Below, in pieces: positions 56,054-56,873 of a stretch of 56,873 nucleotides of DNA. Every line of letters starts with the position of its first letter. The first letter of the stretch is position 1. The notes beneath the pieces are model-generated. The model worked only from the letters and a program-made list of their open reading frames with translations, had not been told where the DNA came from and searched no databases. Where the stretch lies: assembly GCA_038319835.1 (NCBI GenBank), contig JBBQDQ010000004.1, positions 1 to 56,873 on the forward strand, given 5' to 3'. The stretch comes from Thermoanaerobaculia bacterium (GTDB taxonomy: Bacteria; Acidobacteriota; Thermoanaerobaculia; UBA5066). Position numbers and translations under genes: made by a program.

Positions 56054-56872
56054 CTAGTCGAGCGCGGCCGCTCCCGAGACGATCTCGATGAGCTCCTTCG
56101 TGATACGCGCCTGGCGCGCGCGGTTGTACGTGAGGGTGAGGCCGTCGATGATCTCGCCTGCGTTCCTGGACGCGCTGTCCATCGCGGTCATCTGCGCCGC
56201 GAAGAACGCCGCGTTCGACTCGAGAAGGACGCGGTACGTCTGGAACTCGAGGAAGCGCGGAACGAGCATGCCGAGGATGGCGTCCGGCGCCGGCTCGTAG
56301 AGGTAGTCCGTGCCGCCCGCGCCCGGGGCGGCAGCTCCGGCCGCTCCGGCCTCGAGGCTGATCGGCAGCAGCTTCTTCGTCCGGACGACCTGCGAGATCA
56401 CGCTCCGGAACTCGTTGTAGACGACGTAAACAGCGTCGACCTCGCCTGCGATGAATCGCGCGCCGAGGTCCCGCGCGATCTCCCGCGCGAGTTCCACGTT
56501 GAGCTTCGAGAAGAGTCCGGGCCTTGCGTCGAGGATCTCGACCGGGCGGCGCTTCCAGAAGTCGTTCGACTTCTTGCCGAGCGCGATCAGGCGCACGTTC
56601 GCGCCTTTCTGGCGCTGCTCACGGAGGAACACGCCAACGGCGCGGTTCGCGTTCGTGTTGAAGCCGCCCGCGAGGCCCTTGTCTCCGCTCACGGCGACGA
56701 CGAGGACGTTCTTCTCCTCGCGACCCTCGAGGAGCGGGTGCGCGGCGCCGCCGTCCTCGCGGGCCGGCACGCGCGCGGCGACCGAGGAGAGCGTCGCTTC
56801 GAGCGTCGTGGCGTAGGGACGCGCCGCGAGGACGCGATCCTGCGCCCGGCGCAGCTTCGACGCCGCGACCAT
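56054..56872 (-). CDS. atpG: F1 ATP synthase gamma subunit (5' end beyond the right edge)
   Basis: 'MVAASKLRRAQ', 'LVVAVSGDKGLAGGFN', 'MTAMDSASRNAGE..LTLTYNRARQARITKELIEIVSGA'. The ORF is open at the window edge. Confidence 0.93.
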   Translation of the reverse strand: MVAASKLRRAQDRVLAARPYATTLEATLSSVAARVPAREDGGAAHPLLEGREEKNVLVVAVSGDKGLAGGFNTNANRAVGVFLREQRQKGANVRLIALGKKSNDFWKRRPVEILDARPGLFSKLNVELAREIARDLGARFIAGEVDAVYVVYNEFRSVISQVVRTKKLLPISLEAGAAGAAAPGAGGTDYLYEPAPDAILGMLVPRFLEFQTYRVLLESNAAFFAAQMTAMDSASRNAGEIIDGLTLTYNRARQARITKELIEIVSGAAALD

Positions 56873-56873
56873 C

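Overview
This is a very GC-rich bacterial chromosomal segment; third codon positions are almost uniformly G/C in the real reading frames. I call 51 protein-coding genes (two cut by the window edges) and one tRNA-Leu(GAG). I found no rRNA, CRISPR array, transposase, integrase or prophage signature. The gene content (bacillithiol genes, CarboxypepD_reg/TonB-dependent-receptor-like outer-membrane proteins, a fused E1 alpha/beta) suggests an Acidobacteriota-like Gram-negative, but that is inference only. Housekeeping blocks are pyrK-pyrD-pyrF, mtnA-tsaD-lepA-lepB, pgk-tpiA-secG-tRNA-Leu, dinB and atpG-atpD-atpC. Between them sit less ordinary modules. (1) There are five GT-C-like or DUF2298 ('Chlor_Arch_YYY') membrane proteins. 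One is a 1596-aa PMT-like + DUF2298 + NHL-propeller fusion. Another heads a translationally coupled DUF2298 / TIGR03663-like / polyprenyl-phosphate GT2 operon of unknown function, which is my top candidate for an undescribed envelope glycosylation system. (2) A small secreted protein is followed by a membrane-anchored protein and an HTTM-domain protein, an arrangement like SdpA/SdpB. (3) Two paralogous TonB-dependent-receptor-like genes bracket a LytS-type kinase, a secreted JAB/MPN-like protein and a LytTR regulator. The intergenic regions of this locus carry GGGACG(G/A) direct repeats, two of the sets phased at 21 nt. (4) A seven-gene lepA-lepB-DUF4845-S4-PAP2-ArsA(HSP20)-small-protein operon. 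(5) A SAM-methyltransferase-bshC-bshB-bshA operon with 4-nt overlaps at every junction, which points to N-methyl-bacillithiol. All family assignments come from motifs read by eye. No database search was run.
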